Source: Glycera tridactyla | Taxonomy: Eukaryota | Direction: 5' to 3' | Assembly (NCBI GenBank): GCA_965644265.1 | Contig: OZ286469.1 | Span: forward strand, 61,628,001-61,692,000 | Length of the DNA stretch: 64,000 nt | Part shown: positions 49,501 through 61,734 of the stretch, piece by piece | Position numbering within the stretch: the stretch's first letter is position 1 | How the letters are laid out: every line of letters starts with the position of its first letter | Notes under the pieces: model-generated | Told to the model about the DNA's origin: nothing | What the model saw: only the letters and a program-made list of their open reading frames with translations | Database searches by the model: none | Position numbers and translations under genes: made by a program

Positions 49501-52500
49501 GTGTATGTGTGTATTTGCTAGGCTAGTTGTAAGTTTGTGTGTGTGTAGTGCAACTTTCCTATTGACGTAACCAGTTGTGCAAGAAGATTTCACTATATCG
49601 AGAAATTCTCCAAACCATGCCACTTACCCACTTCTCGTGCACCTCATTGTTTTGCTCTATACCCTTCATCTGGTGTTACATGCAACGGTTTTCCTTCAAT
49701 TTCAACGTTTCAATTTTAAAACCACATCGTGGTACAAACAGGTTGGCAATATCGATGAAAGAATTAAATTTCGGTTCTCTTAAAACTGATGCTTCCCATT
49801 CTTGCAGCAGGCATATGACGTCACTATGATGTCCCAATGACTTCACCACAGCATTCTAGGCTGGTAGAAGCAACATAGGGACATTGAAATGATGCACATT
49901 TGTGGATTGTAAGCTGGAACTATGAGTTGCAGTCAGTTTTTCTTGGGTGATTATCATCGGGAACATGAGACATTTTGACATTTTTGTGGGTTCTGGCCTC
50001 AGTAGCATTTGGCAGACAACCACACAATGAGCAATATGAAAAGTGAAAGTGAGGCAACCTTGTTTTGGATGATATGATCAGAAGCTTATCCCTTGATTTG
50101 TTCACTGATTCCTTCACGGCATGATCCCAACTTCATCTGGACATGCAGTCAGTGTTTGTGTTACGGCCAGATGAAGGAGCTGATAGTTTCGGCCCCTGAT
50201 GCTCAGTGCTCAGCCTCTTTATGTGATACAGTCGGCATGAATGCTGACGAGTAGTCATTTATTGTGTATCGCTTGCAACTCTACAGAGACAGATGTTCTG
50301 CAGTAATTTGGTCTTATTGACCTATTGACTTTATAGCTATACCATACTATCAGATATTTCTGTATATCTGGTCTGATCAAGCATCTTGGAGACACTTCTG
50401 TAGCTTGCATCATAACATGTTGGTTTGACCATTGTGACCCATCCTTTCGAAGCCTTTCATTTGAATGTGGAACAGAGTGTCAAGGGATATTCCAAAGCAT
50501 CTGATAATGATTGCAGACAATCTGATAATCGATTCAACTATCCTAGCATTAGTTGTACCTGAAGCTCCAAATGAATATTTGTTCTAACAAAGATTTCATA
50601 TGTAACTCACAGCTATGATGGACTGACTACTGTAAGTCAGGTATGAATATAGTTTAGATATGCAAGCCGATAAAATGATTCAAATGGAACATCGGTAAAA
50701 TAATTGCGGTGGACTTGATATATATTGGCACACATCTGTCTCTGCAGTTGCTGTACACTGTATTTTGCATTAGCCGTGTCTCCTCTTGTACCTGGTATGC
50801 GTGTAATTATTGTGATAAATCCTACCTAATACAATACTTGTTATTGGAATTTTGGGCATATTTCGATGTCACATCTATTAATCTAATTTTAGTTCTCTTG
50901 AACACTTTCATGTTATATAAGTCACATGTAGTTTCTAGCCTGTTTTCACATAGTTTTAAAGCCTATAATATAAAATTGAATGTGAACTGTTCTGAAGAAA
51001 GCCTGATTAATTACTGATTTTATTTGCCCTTCTTTGTTACTGTATTGGCTTTTAGATAATGTTACAGAAGACTTTAAATTTAAGATCAATATGGCTTTCA
51101 GTGAGTTACCGATTCAAGCAGTTCATTCAATCTCATGCCCTGCCCCCGTATTGTACTGTAATTCTCGTTGCATTTGCACAATTTCTAACTATTCCACCAT
51201 TTTGTATTACGGAGCATTTAGATATTTCAAGGTTGATGTGTTTCATACAGATATCGGGGGCCCATTACTACACAGACTATTTCATGAAATTAATAAGGCT
51301 ATTTATTTTCCCATGGTGCTATGCTTTTGTAAGCCAGTTCATGCTTGTGTTACAGATACCCAATACCTTCTCTTGTTTTATACTTTGCAGAGGTGTAATC
51401 CGATATCTCCTGTCTCAACTATGTTCTCACTTGAAAGCTTGAAATTCTTTATTTGCGTGGAAAATTTGAACCTGGGTATTATTTTTATATTGAAGTCTTT
51501 AACCTGAATATCCTGATTCAATCTTTACTGGATACTTCTGGTACTATGGGTAATGGTGATTCATCTGTTGGTAACTAGGAATTCCAGGCACCACTCGAGT
51601 CAAAATATCTCGAAATTTGTGAGTGCTATTCCAGTCCCATGAATTTGTTAATATCATGGATTTCATTTGGAAACATACATCCCTTTGAAGCACTGGCATA
51701 GACTCTTTTAACTTCTTTTCTCTGATGATTTCGGTAGTAATTTCTCAAATCACAAATTTGGAGTTGAAATTTACATTGTGGGTGATGTTTGATTGAAGTG
51801 TTTGCGGCAGATATGTATACTGCCTTTTCTGCTTTGACTGCTCTGATTTGTGACCTCATTGGCTTCTCATGCCCGATTCTACCGCAGATATTGTTTATGA
51901 AGATGATTGCTTTTGAATATTATTGGCAGTGAATCTGATTACACCTCTGCTCCTTTCATACTTTTGGTTTTGTACAGAGCCGCCAACTATCACTTAAGCG
52001 CACTGGGTTGCAACTGTGGCTGTGACAAGAGCTCCAGTCTGCAGAGCATTCAATAGCCATGGGACCCAGGCCCTCTAATACTTGTTAAAATGCATGGTTT
52101 TTATAATTGACAATTGTATCTTGTGCAATATTTTGTATGTACAGATAGGTGTTCAGCTAGGAACCTGTGAAACTGAGGTCAGGACTCGTTCTGTGGCATG
52201 AGGCTCTAGTACAGGGTGGGGGCCAGAATCTGGCTGGCAAGAACCAGGTCTATTGCTGTTTTAAGACCTATGGCAAACTCTCGAAATATATGATGGCCAT
52301 ATGACTGCTATGTCTGGAAAGCAAACCTTCACATACTTATCATGAAAAATACTGTCTGTTTCATTTTTGAGCTAGAAATGTGGCAGTTCTTTTCTGTTCT
52401 TTTTGAATTACTGTGAAATGAAAGTGAGAAACTTCTTTGTGAATTGAAGAATCTGTCATAATCTAATGACAATCACTATTCACCAGCAAATTGTCGGTGT

Positions 52501-55500
52501 AGTAGTGAAATATTATCTACAACTATTATCTAATCGAAGACAACTTTAGAAATGCTACGAATATCCAGCAGCAGCATGTTTAGTGAATTCCACTACATCC
52601 TGTTTCTAGTCACATGCCACTGGACTGGTACCATTGTCCCAGTTAGAGCCTAAAGACATATGTATGTGACCATGCTATTGGTGAACTGTATATCATTACA
52701 GTGTTGATCCATGTAAGCATGGTAACGGGTGCCTCATGCCTTCACACCATGATGAAACCCTTTTCCTCCAGGATATGACTCTGGTCATCGTTATATTATT
52801 TACTTTCTTTCAAACTCTAGAGTGGCTTTGAATCACCCAATTGTATTCAAACTGACTTCTTATATATGCTTAGCTCAATTATTCGAATAGTTGTGCATTT
52901 AACTTGAGGTGTCCGCCGGTCACCATGAGCTGAATGGCAACATGTTGGTTCATTATCTACCTGTGGAGGAAATTGGTTAATGGGTGCTGGTGCCTAGCTG
53001 AAATGTTGGAGAGTAATGAAAACAGTTTTCTGAACTGTTTGTATTTTCTAAATAATTACAGCCATTATTTTATCTAGCATTTGGCTAATATACCTTTTTA
53101 AAGAAGCTAGTAAGCACTGTTTGACAATTTGTTGTTTTTTATATGGTTTTCTTGCTAGGACATTATCATCTAGAAACACCCATTACCCCTACCCTCCAAG
53201 ATATATATAGTAATGGTGGTTTACATTTTGTAGTGATATATAAATACACAGTATTAATATTATTTCATACATTACACATACCTTCCATTCAGTTCATAAA
53301 GTGCTGAGTTTATTTTTGGTTCGATTATTTTTGGAGACATGAATTTTTTAAGCTTTCTTAGGGTTTGGGATGAATTTTGCTATTTTTGTGGATTCATTCA
53401 TCGATGTTAATGTTGTGGGGTTACTGAGAGTATCATAAACGTGGTTGAATATATCACTCTCTACTTGCTTGAACATACAGCAGAGTGGATTATCAAGAGA
53501 CCAGGCTCGTAACTATCATTTTCCATCGCTGAGGATGGGGGATATGACCTTACGAACTGATGAATGTGAAGATATCCATCTCTTGCGCCATTGTATACCA
53601 GCAAGCAACTGTTTGATGCCTCGTGTGGGGTTGCTGTACAAGGTTTTGTTTGTTTTGTGTATTGGCATGATCATGAATCAGGCACAACAGTGTGATCCAC
53701 ATTGGAGAAATCGCAGTACTTGAGCACTATGGAGGGATGTATTCACCGATCAGCCAGACTGGATATGGACCTATGTGTTGGATTCACTTTTGTATTTTCA
53801 CTCATGTTACTATGGTTGTGCGACATTCCTATTGTGCATGTTTTATAGAACCTGCAGACAACTTATTTGCTACATGTATTTATAAAATAATGTTCATATA
53901 AATGCAGAGAAACCACTTCACTGACCGGCCTCACACTGCACATTTTATATTTATAAACAGATGAATTTGTATCAACTTAGTAGTAGTGTAGATAAGCATT
54001 TGATGGGATGGGAGGGCACAGGGTAACAGTGGGGACTTGTACAGCACAATATTTGCTGCAACACAATAGGCCCAATGTACTTATGATGAGTGTGTCTCTC
54101 GTCAGTCATACTTTTTGAATTCGAAAGAGTGGTTCTTGAATTGCAATCTTCATACCAACTTGCCTCAAAATTACCATCGAACCTTCAGTGAAATTCTGAA
54201 TATCAGGCAGCACACACTAGCATACATTCAAACTATTGCAGCCCTAATTAGAAGGACAAAAACGATAAAGTGAATAGCAAAGGCCCTGAAGTCCACTCTA
54301 GTGGTTTTACTTTTTAGTTTTTCATTCATTTCTGTTCTGTGTAGTTTGGAATGTCTTTACTACTACTCATAAGGCACAAGTCGCTGTCATAATGAGAATA
54401 TGTATGACAGCTTGTTTCTCTGGCTGAAAATCGAAGGTGAGATGAATGATTCGTAGAATATATTACCTCTTTCTCTGGATGGAAAGGCTAGGTTGAATAT
54501 AATATTGGCTAGAGTCCATGATGGGATTGCCATATGTCTGGAATTACTTGATTGTCAGTCGAGGCCACTGCCCACATTGCCTTTTCACTAAACTTGGGAT
54601 GCACTAGGGTGTAACACCAGAGCTAATGAGAACTGCTAAATCATCATCCATGTTCATCGGTGGATAATCTTCCTAGAATTGTATACATGAATGTATGCAT
54701 ATTGCCTGGATATCGTAAGGATAGACCTGTGGATATGAATACATGTACCACCTGCCACGTGATCAGCATTGTCATCAGTAGAAAAGTTGTTTGCTGATGT
54801 GCAGGCATAGAGGTGGAAGTTCAGAACTAGAAAGTGAATATGAAAGTTGAAGGTCTGGAATATTCCACTTAGTTCCCTGTCAGTTTGCTTCATTGCTACA
54901 TTCAGTCATTTTTTACATGGTTGCCACTCACCATTGGGTCACCAATATTTTCTGGTGCCTAGGACCAAAGTCGCGTTCCGGGGCAGGTGCTGAGGGATCT
55001 GGACTTATTAAATCACTGGTTTGGACCAGAATGGTGGTTGCCCTGTGTCATAATTGAGCCTGTTTCACCTGGCTTCCGACTGATTCTGAGGTTATGAAAT
55101 TTCTTATGACTTTCCATGTTGCACATCGCGCCATATTAAGTCTGTGGGCTCGGAAAAAGTCTTTCATTTCCAATTGTCACCAATTTAGTGATTTGTAGCA
55201 ATATATCAGTGTGAGGACTGTCATCTTGTCTCACATTGTCATGGTTTTGCTGAAAAAACTGTCGGTTTAAGATTGCCCTCATCATGCCATGATGGCTTAC
55301 TCTTATTTTTCCATTTGTTGAGCAGTTATTTCCATAGTTATCATCAGTTTGTTGATCCATCTTCCTTTTCTTCAAACTTCATTCATTCACTTGAATAACC
55401 ATTATCCTGCCAGGGTTGGTCTCAGATATGTGAATGTGACTAGATAGAGTTCTATGACTGTGAATTCTGAATTTATACAGTCAGAATTATTGAGTTCCAT

Positions 55501-56436
55501 GGTGATATCCTTGGAAGAAAGGAAAATCCCAGTTCGATTCCTCAGACTGAATTTGAGCTTGTTCCAGTAGACTTCGGGAGATTGCAAGTATTAGTCATGA
55601 GAATCACCTTCAGATATATGATCCAAGCTATTGCCATTCATGCAAAGTAGCATCGGATCATGGCATTTCATTTTCAAGTAAGAGGTGTGGGGAAATGAAC
55701 TTGGGGAAACTTTGATGGATGTCTGCTGGTTGCTGTGTATGTCTTTAGGCCAGCAGCGATAGGCCCATGCCGGTTGTGGTCAAGGGCAGATATTCATCAG
55801 CATCGTTTTGTGATGAACCGGTGTTTGGCGTCATGTGTAGCTAAGGAATCCATACATCCAGTTCCCTAACAATCTGTCTTTTTAGAGCCCATGATTAGTG
55901 ATCAAGATCAACCAGTGGGTAAACATTCAAAATGATGAATGCTAAATTATCTGGGTAGATAATCACTGTCTGGGATGGTCCATTGGTCCACTTTATCGGT
56001 GTAATCCAGATGCTATCCTCAATCAGATAGCCTGTTTGAAATGCTGCTCTAGCCAAGTGGTTATAATCACCCATCCGATCGCCCCATGTTTCAGTCTGAG
56101 ATATAGCCTGACTCACTTTGTTTAATCGGAACTGGATGGCGGGCAGGATCATGGTTAACGAATGTTATCATTCAGTGTGAGGGAAGTCAATTGAGAAACC
56201 AAAAAATTAAGAAATGCTTCTAGTTCAGTTTTGTGATATAGTGCAGTATGCATTTCTATTGGTGTCTTCATGGCAACCGTGGCAGGGCTGTTTTGTATTG
56301 TGTCCCACTAGCATACCATATTTAGGGTATTTGCCTGGCCAGGTTTGTATGAGTTTCACTCTTTGTTCAGATACTCAAGCAATTCTGCATATGTCAACAT
56401 AGTGTGTAGCTAGCTGTCTCATCTCACCCCGCTTAA

Positions 56437-57019
56437 CCCTTTGAGTGCTATGTACAAAGTGAATTCCAAGTGAAATCTCACCAAACTCTTTTGAAAATTA
56501 ACAATCCATGAGCAGATCTTTCTATGATTTGGTGTTGCTATCTGGGCTGGCACAGGTTCATAAATACAACTCTCTACAGCTTTGTTAAACTTTTCAAGTG
56601 GATAGTATCTTGGCATGAAGTCAGCTGAGATCATGATGTGAATGGATACTTTCCCTGCAAATTTGAATTGGGGGTATCTATTGCACGACTGATGTTATTC
56701 AATTTGATGGTTGAAATATGGTTGATATATGGACATACATGATCAAAACCACATATGAGTGCAATCCAGCAACAACTTTAGCAGGGATGAAAATAACACA
56801 AATGATGAGCTTCAATGGTAGGCAATAGGAAATGTATGGCATTTGTACCATATAGCCTGCAATGATGAGTGAATTGAATGGTTAGCTCATCAGTTATCCT
56901 CTAAATGCATCATCTATCCTCCAGTCAATCATGAAGAAGTAACCAATGCTGTAGGGAGTACAGGATATATGACCTTGCCTGACAGATGTGTCCTAAGAAA
57001 GGAATTAGCACCACAAGGG
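56437..57019. mobile_element. Non-autonomous piggyBac-type element (583 bp)
   Basis: TTAA on both sides; termini CCCTTTGAGTGCTA / TAGCACCACAAGGG (about 11/14); no transposase ORF. Confidence 0.75.
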
Positions 57020-58772
57020 TTAACTCTTCCAACAGTTTTAAATACCACAAACGACTATCTATTGCTCATTCAACCAACTAATCTTGGCGATATACATGAG
57101 GCTGTTTTGTGATAACTGTTTTATAACTTGAAGCTTTTCAACAAATTCAGATTTGATGCTATTTTCTAGAGGAGTGGGAGTGAGATCACCAAGCTTTGAT
57201 AGAGAGAGGTGGTGGTAGGCCGCTCATCACAAATTCAGATTTCACATCCACAGATTAAATCCTAGCATCCTACATATATGCCACCCAGTTATCATTCCTT
57301 ATTACTTGGCTGCACAACCGAATAGCCTTGCCTTACTGGTTTCAATGCAGAGCTAGTTTCTGTGAATGTACGGTTCCTCAGAAATTGGATGGTACCTGAT
57401 CTCCAGCAATTTTTTTCAACATCTGGTGGCCAGAAATAAATCGGCATCCTCCATTAGATTTGTAGGAAACAAGCTCTAGATGGTGCATCAGTCATGTTCT
57501 GCATCATGGATGTATTGCAGACATCATTTGGATGTGGAGTGAGAATAATATCATGGATGTTGAATTCTCTCTAGTGAAGCCCTATCACCACTGACCACCC
57601 AAAATACGCATGTTTTTACTGGGGGCGGGTTAGTCAATTCCATGTATTCTCATTTTGTTACTATGGGGATTGGGGTGTCTTGAGCCATATCCAGTCTGTG
57701 CTGTCGCCCCGTATTTTCAGTACTACGTATGTGCATGCCATTGGTAGACATTGTTCAACTTTTTAATACAGATTGTGTTTTGTATATGGGGAGTTTTCTT
57801 AGTTATTTTTGTTGGATACAGATTATATGATTATCCAGAGTTTCTATGTTTTTAATAAAGCAATGTCATTCTGGCGCATTTTCTGTGGTGACTTTTTGTT
57901 TTGTAAAAATGGTTTTCACCTCCTCATTTCATCTTTTTCTAGATACTTGGTGCATCATTATCCTTGGTGGTGCATTTCTACACCGTATCACCGCTGCTAG
58001 GTTACATCTTTTTCTTTTATTATGGTCTACATTATTTATAGTTTCTGGTCATTTTATGATAATTATCAATTCTAAATAAGTAAAGTCATTTGGACTTTGT
58101 GTACCAGTCTTGAAAAATAAATTATTGCAAAAAATATGAATCTGCTTGACTTCCTAACTCACTAACACCTCTACTCTGTCTAATGGAATGAATGTGAATG
58201 CTGATTACCCTGCCTGCCCCTCCCCACAACCTTGAATTGACCTGCTGCATTTCTGGGATCCTATTTCACAGTTCATCAGATAGTAAGGATCATAGAAATC
58301 AACACGGTAATTACTGCTATGAAATTAAGTTGTGTTACATCACAGGTATCACCTTATTCAATGTGCTGATGACTGTGACTCACTGAAGACTGACGCCCTA
58401 TAAAACAATGCAATGAATGCTTGTTATGTATTGTGAGAATTATCTGCATCAATGGGAAAGATGCTACAGCAAACTTTGGATAGCTGCTTCAGAAAATATT
58501 GGGCGCAGTCATGGAGTACTAAAGTTCTTTCTATTTCATTGAATATTTGATGAAAGTTGGGAATTCTTTGCCATGTTCGAGGAAATATTCAAACTGCTTC
58601 TTCATCTGGGGAAAATTGCTGTATTTCCGGCATCCTGCTTCCAATTCATTCGATCAGATTTAGTGAAAATCCCCTAAATGTATCATAAATCTTTTCAAAC
58701 TCAATACAGAAGCAGTTGAATAATTCTGATAAAATTTCAAACACTGTCGATAACCAAGAAAAATATTAATCT

Positions 58773-59068
58773 GTCTGCTTGTCATTTAATTGGATATAAA
58801 CTTGAATAATTCACGGATGAGATAAGATGTGAATATGTGCATGCCAGTCTGGTATGAGTGGTGTAGATATCTGATAAGACCCACCAGCATGGTATGAAAA
58901 TTGGAAGATCTGAGAAACCCATCTTGTGATAGTGAATGTGGTGGGAATGCCTGAGAAAACATAATGTAATGCTCAATCCTGAGAAACAGCAGAACTTGTG
59001 TATAGCATGGCCGTGCATGATGGGGGGAGGGGGAAGAGCCCCTCGTATACCCCTTGACACACACATAT

Positions 59069-59122
<54 letters not shown>

Positions 59123-59771
59123 GTATCTGAAATGGCACTATGAGTGTCTGTGATTTTCATATCATTTCACCTTCGATGGGGACCCAGGAGGTGTCTTAAA
59201 TGATTCCACTGGAGCCCATTGCATGGGCCTCTTAATTCAGCCCAATGGGTGCCCAAGGGACGAAAAACAATCGACTGACCGTCCAACCAACCAACCAATC
59301 ACCCAATCAACTAACCAACCAACAAACCAAGCATCTAACATCTGTAGGACAAGGCAGGCAATATGTCTTTCGTCCCTGCTCTCATGGCAGAAGAGCTAAG
59401 CTGATTTACAAGTTACTTCACTGATAGTGGTGCATCACAAGTGATGCATCTTTCTGACAGTACAAGAGGATTCTTGGTCCTCATAGGCCGAGTTCACCAG
59501 TCTGCTTGTCATTCAATTGGATATAAACTTGAATAATTCACGGATGAGATAAGATGTGAATATGTGCATGCCAGTCTGGTATGAGTGGTGTAGATATCTG
59601 ATAAGACCCACCAGCATGGTATGAAAATTGGAAGATCTGAGAAACCCATCTTGTGATAGTGAATGTGGTGGGAATTCCTGAGAAACAGCAGAACTTGTGT
59701 ATAGCATGGTCGTGCATGATGGGGGGGGGGGGGGGGAAGAGCCCCTCGTACACCCCTTGACACACACATAT

Positions 59772-59811
<40 letters not shown>

Positions 59812-60180
59812 GTATCTGAAATGACACTATGAGTGTCTGTGATTTTCATATCATTTCACCTTCGATGGGGACCCAGGAGGTGTCTTGAATGATTCCACTG
59901 GAGCCCATTGCATGGGCCTCTTAATTTAGCCCAATGGGTGCCCAAGGGACGAAAAACAATCGACTGACCGTCCAACCAACAAACCAATCACCCAACCAAC
60001 AAACCAAGCATCTAACATCTGTAGGACAAGGCAGGCAATATGTCTTTCGTCCCTGCTCTCATGGCAGAAGAGCTGAGCTGATTTACAAGTTACTTCACTG
60101 AGTGGTGCATCACAAGTGATGCATCTTTCTGACAGTACAAGAGGATTCTTGGTCCTCATAGGCCGAGTTCACCAGTCTGC
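58773..60180. repeat. Head-to-tail tandem duplication (units 58773-59499 and 59500-60174)
   Basis: Near-identical units differing by a ~28-bp indel, microsatellite lengths and a few SNPs; GTCTGC at all three junctions. Confidence 0.95.
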
Positions 60181-60199
60181 CTTTTATGAAGCAACAGTT

Positions 60200-60790
60200 G
60201 GCTTTACCAGTTGCTCATAGAGTAATTTATTATTGTCCCCCTTGGTCCATCCAGGCCTACTTTGCGGAACCTGGATCTCTGGAACCGCTGCACTGATTCC
60301 CACCAAAGCAAGTTTCCTTGAGAGTCTTGGTGTGTAGATGCACACTGGATTTGGGCATGTATATAGCAGGTGAAATGTCTGAAAAGGTCCAGGATGGTAC
60401 ACACTCCCATCAAGACTTTTCGGGAGTCACATCTCCACAACTAAAGCCTTGATCCACTTCTTTTGAAGCATATCAGTGTAAAGATGTGTACTGTCACACT
60501 TATTTTGGTTTCGGCATGTGATGAGCTGCCCATGGGCACTTGAAATGCCTGAAAGACCTCAGGATGGTATGACCTTTTATCTCGACCTTGCAGAACATAT
60601 CTCTAGAACCGCTGCCTCGATCCTCCCTTGATCAACTTCCTTTCAAGCATCTCAATGTTGAAATGTGCACTTGCAGATTTATTTTGGTTTTGCGCATGTG
60701 ATGGGTGGCCCATGGACAATTGAAATGCAGAAAGACCTCAAGATGGTATGCGCTCTTACCTGGACCTTGCGGAACCCATATATTCCAAAC
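60200..60790 (+). repeat. Imperfect ~170-180-bp monomers in the LINE 5' region
   Basis: TGAAATG..GAAA..CAGGATGGTA at 60371, 60541, 60721; TTATTTTGGTTT at 60500, 60679; TTGC(A/G)GAAC at 60262, 60588, 60767. Confidence 0.8.
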
Positions 60791-61734
60791 TGCTGCAGCT
60801 ATTCACACTAAATATGACTCGTGCATGTACTTTCAATAGATCGCAGCACGAGCCTAAATCGACCGCAGGAGGCACGCTATGTCCTATATATAGACACAGG
60901 AATACCCTCGCACAGTCGGCGTCACCATGTGTACTTATTACGGGGTCAAGTCATGCTCGCCACCTGGGTACTCATGTTAATGCATTCCCTTCTGAGTCAT
61001 TAAAAGGACATAGCAAGCATTGGAAATTCTTCGGAATAGGAGGCGCTAGATGGTACACGTTTGCACAGGAATTTCAGGGAATCACTACTGCCTATAGACA
61101 ACAAAAGTATGGGAATACCTTGCAACGTATTAAAGACAGAGAAATTGAACCGAACTATATAGTTATGATCCTAGGATCCAACGATGCTGACAACTTCCAG
61201 AAATATAGACTCGACCAAACATTCCACATAGATCCACGAATTGAGAAACAAAATATTATTACAGCACAAACAGAATTTCTTGAGGGTCTCTACCCAAGGA
61301 TTAGCCAGGCCATCTCTAATATGAAGACTCACTTCCCTAAAGCAACTATCCTAATACCCCCAGTTATATGGCGATCATATTGGAAAAAGCCCACCAAACA
61401 GGTAGCAATATGCATCGATTCCCATGTGAGAAAAAGCTGCACTATAACGGGTCCAGATTGTGTACGATTCATGCATCTCCATTTACTGTATAATGATATG
61501 TATCAAAATGAGGGAGTGATCCAGGGTTTTCGTAAGAGAGCAAAACATGGTTTTCGTAAGAGGAAATTTGGCGTTACCTTGAAGGGCTTTCAGATTGATG
61601 ATGTTCACCTAAATAGTCTTGGCTATCAGGCGGTGGCAATCTGCATTACTAATGTGGTACTTGAACACTGGAAAAACAGTGGTACATCTAAATCCGGTGA
61701 GCCAGCCTCAAAAAAGGCCAAAAGTTCAACATGA
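60748..61734 (+). CDS. LINE ORF1, SGNH/GDSL hydrolase (esterase) fold; true start may be the ATG at 60814
   Basis: Block I LITGSSHA, block II IGGA, block III ILGSND, block V IDDVHLNSLGY; Ser/Asp/His triad present; longest closed ORF in the window (328 aa). Confidence 0.88.
   Translation: MRSYLDLAEPIYSKLLQLFTLNMTRACTFNRSQHEPKSTAGGTLCPIYRHRNTLAQSASPCVLITGSSHARHLGTHVNAFPSESLKGHSKHWKFFGIGGARWYTFAQEFQGITTAYRQQKYGNTLQRIKDREIEPNYIVMILGSNDADNFQKYRLDQTFHIDPRIEKQNIITAQTEFLEGLYPRISQAISNMKTHFPKATILIPPVIWRSYWKKPTKQVAICIDSHVRKSCTITGPDCVRFMHLHLLYNDMYQNEGVIQGFRKRAKHGFRKRKFGVTLKGFQIDDVHLNSLGYQAVAICITNVVLEHWKNSGTSKSGEPASKKAKSST

Noticed and set aside
50168-50194. CAGATGAA-GGAGC-TGATA-GTTTC hammerhead-like stretch (similar case at 47140-47190, minus strand)
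   Set aside because: No GAAA or no valid core, and no stem I.
54900-56152. Decayed minus-strand coding sequence
   Set aside because: Protein-like by eye, but stop spacing is about random and no domain was recognised.
59242-59284. Hammerhead-like CCAATGG-GTGCCC-AA-GGGAC-GAAA in the duplicated unit (retrozyme idea)
   Set aside because: Core matches only 4/7 of CUGANGA, and no stem I or stem III can be built.
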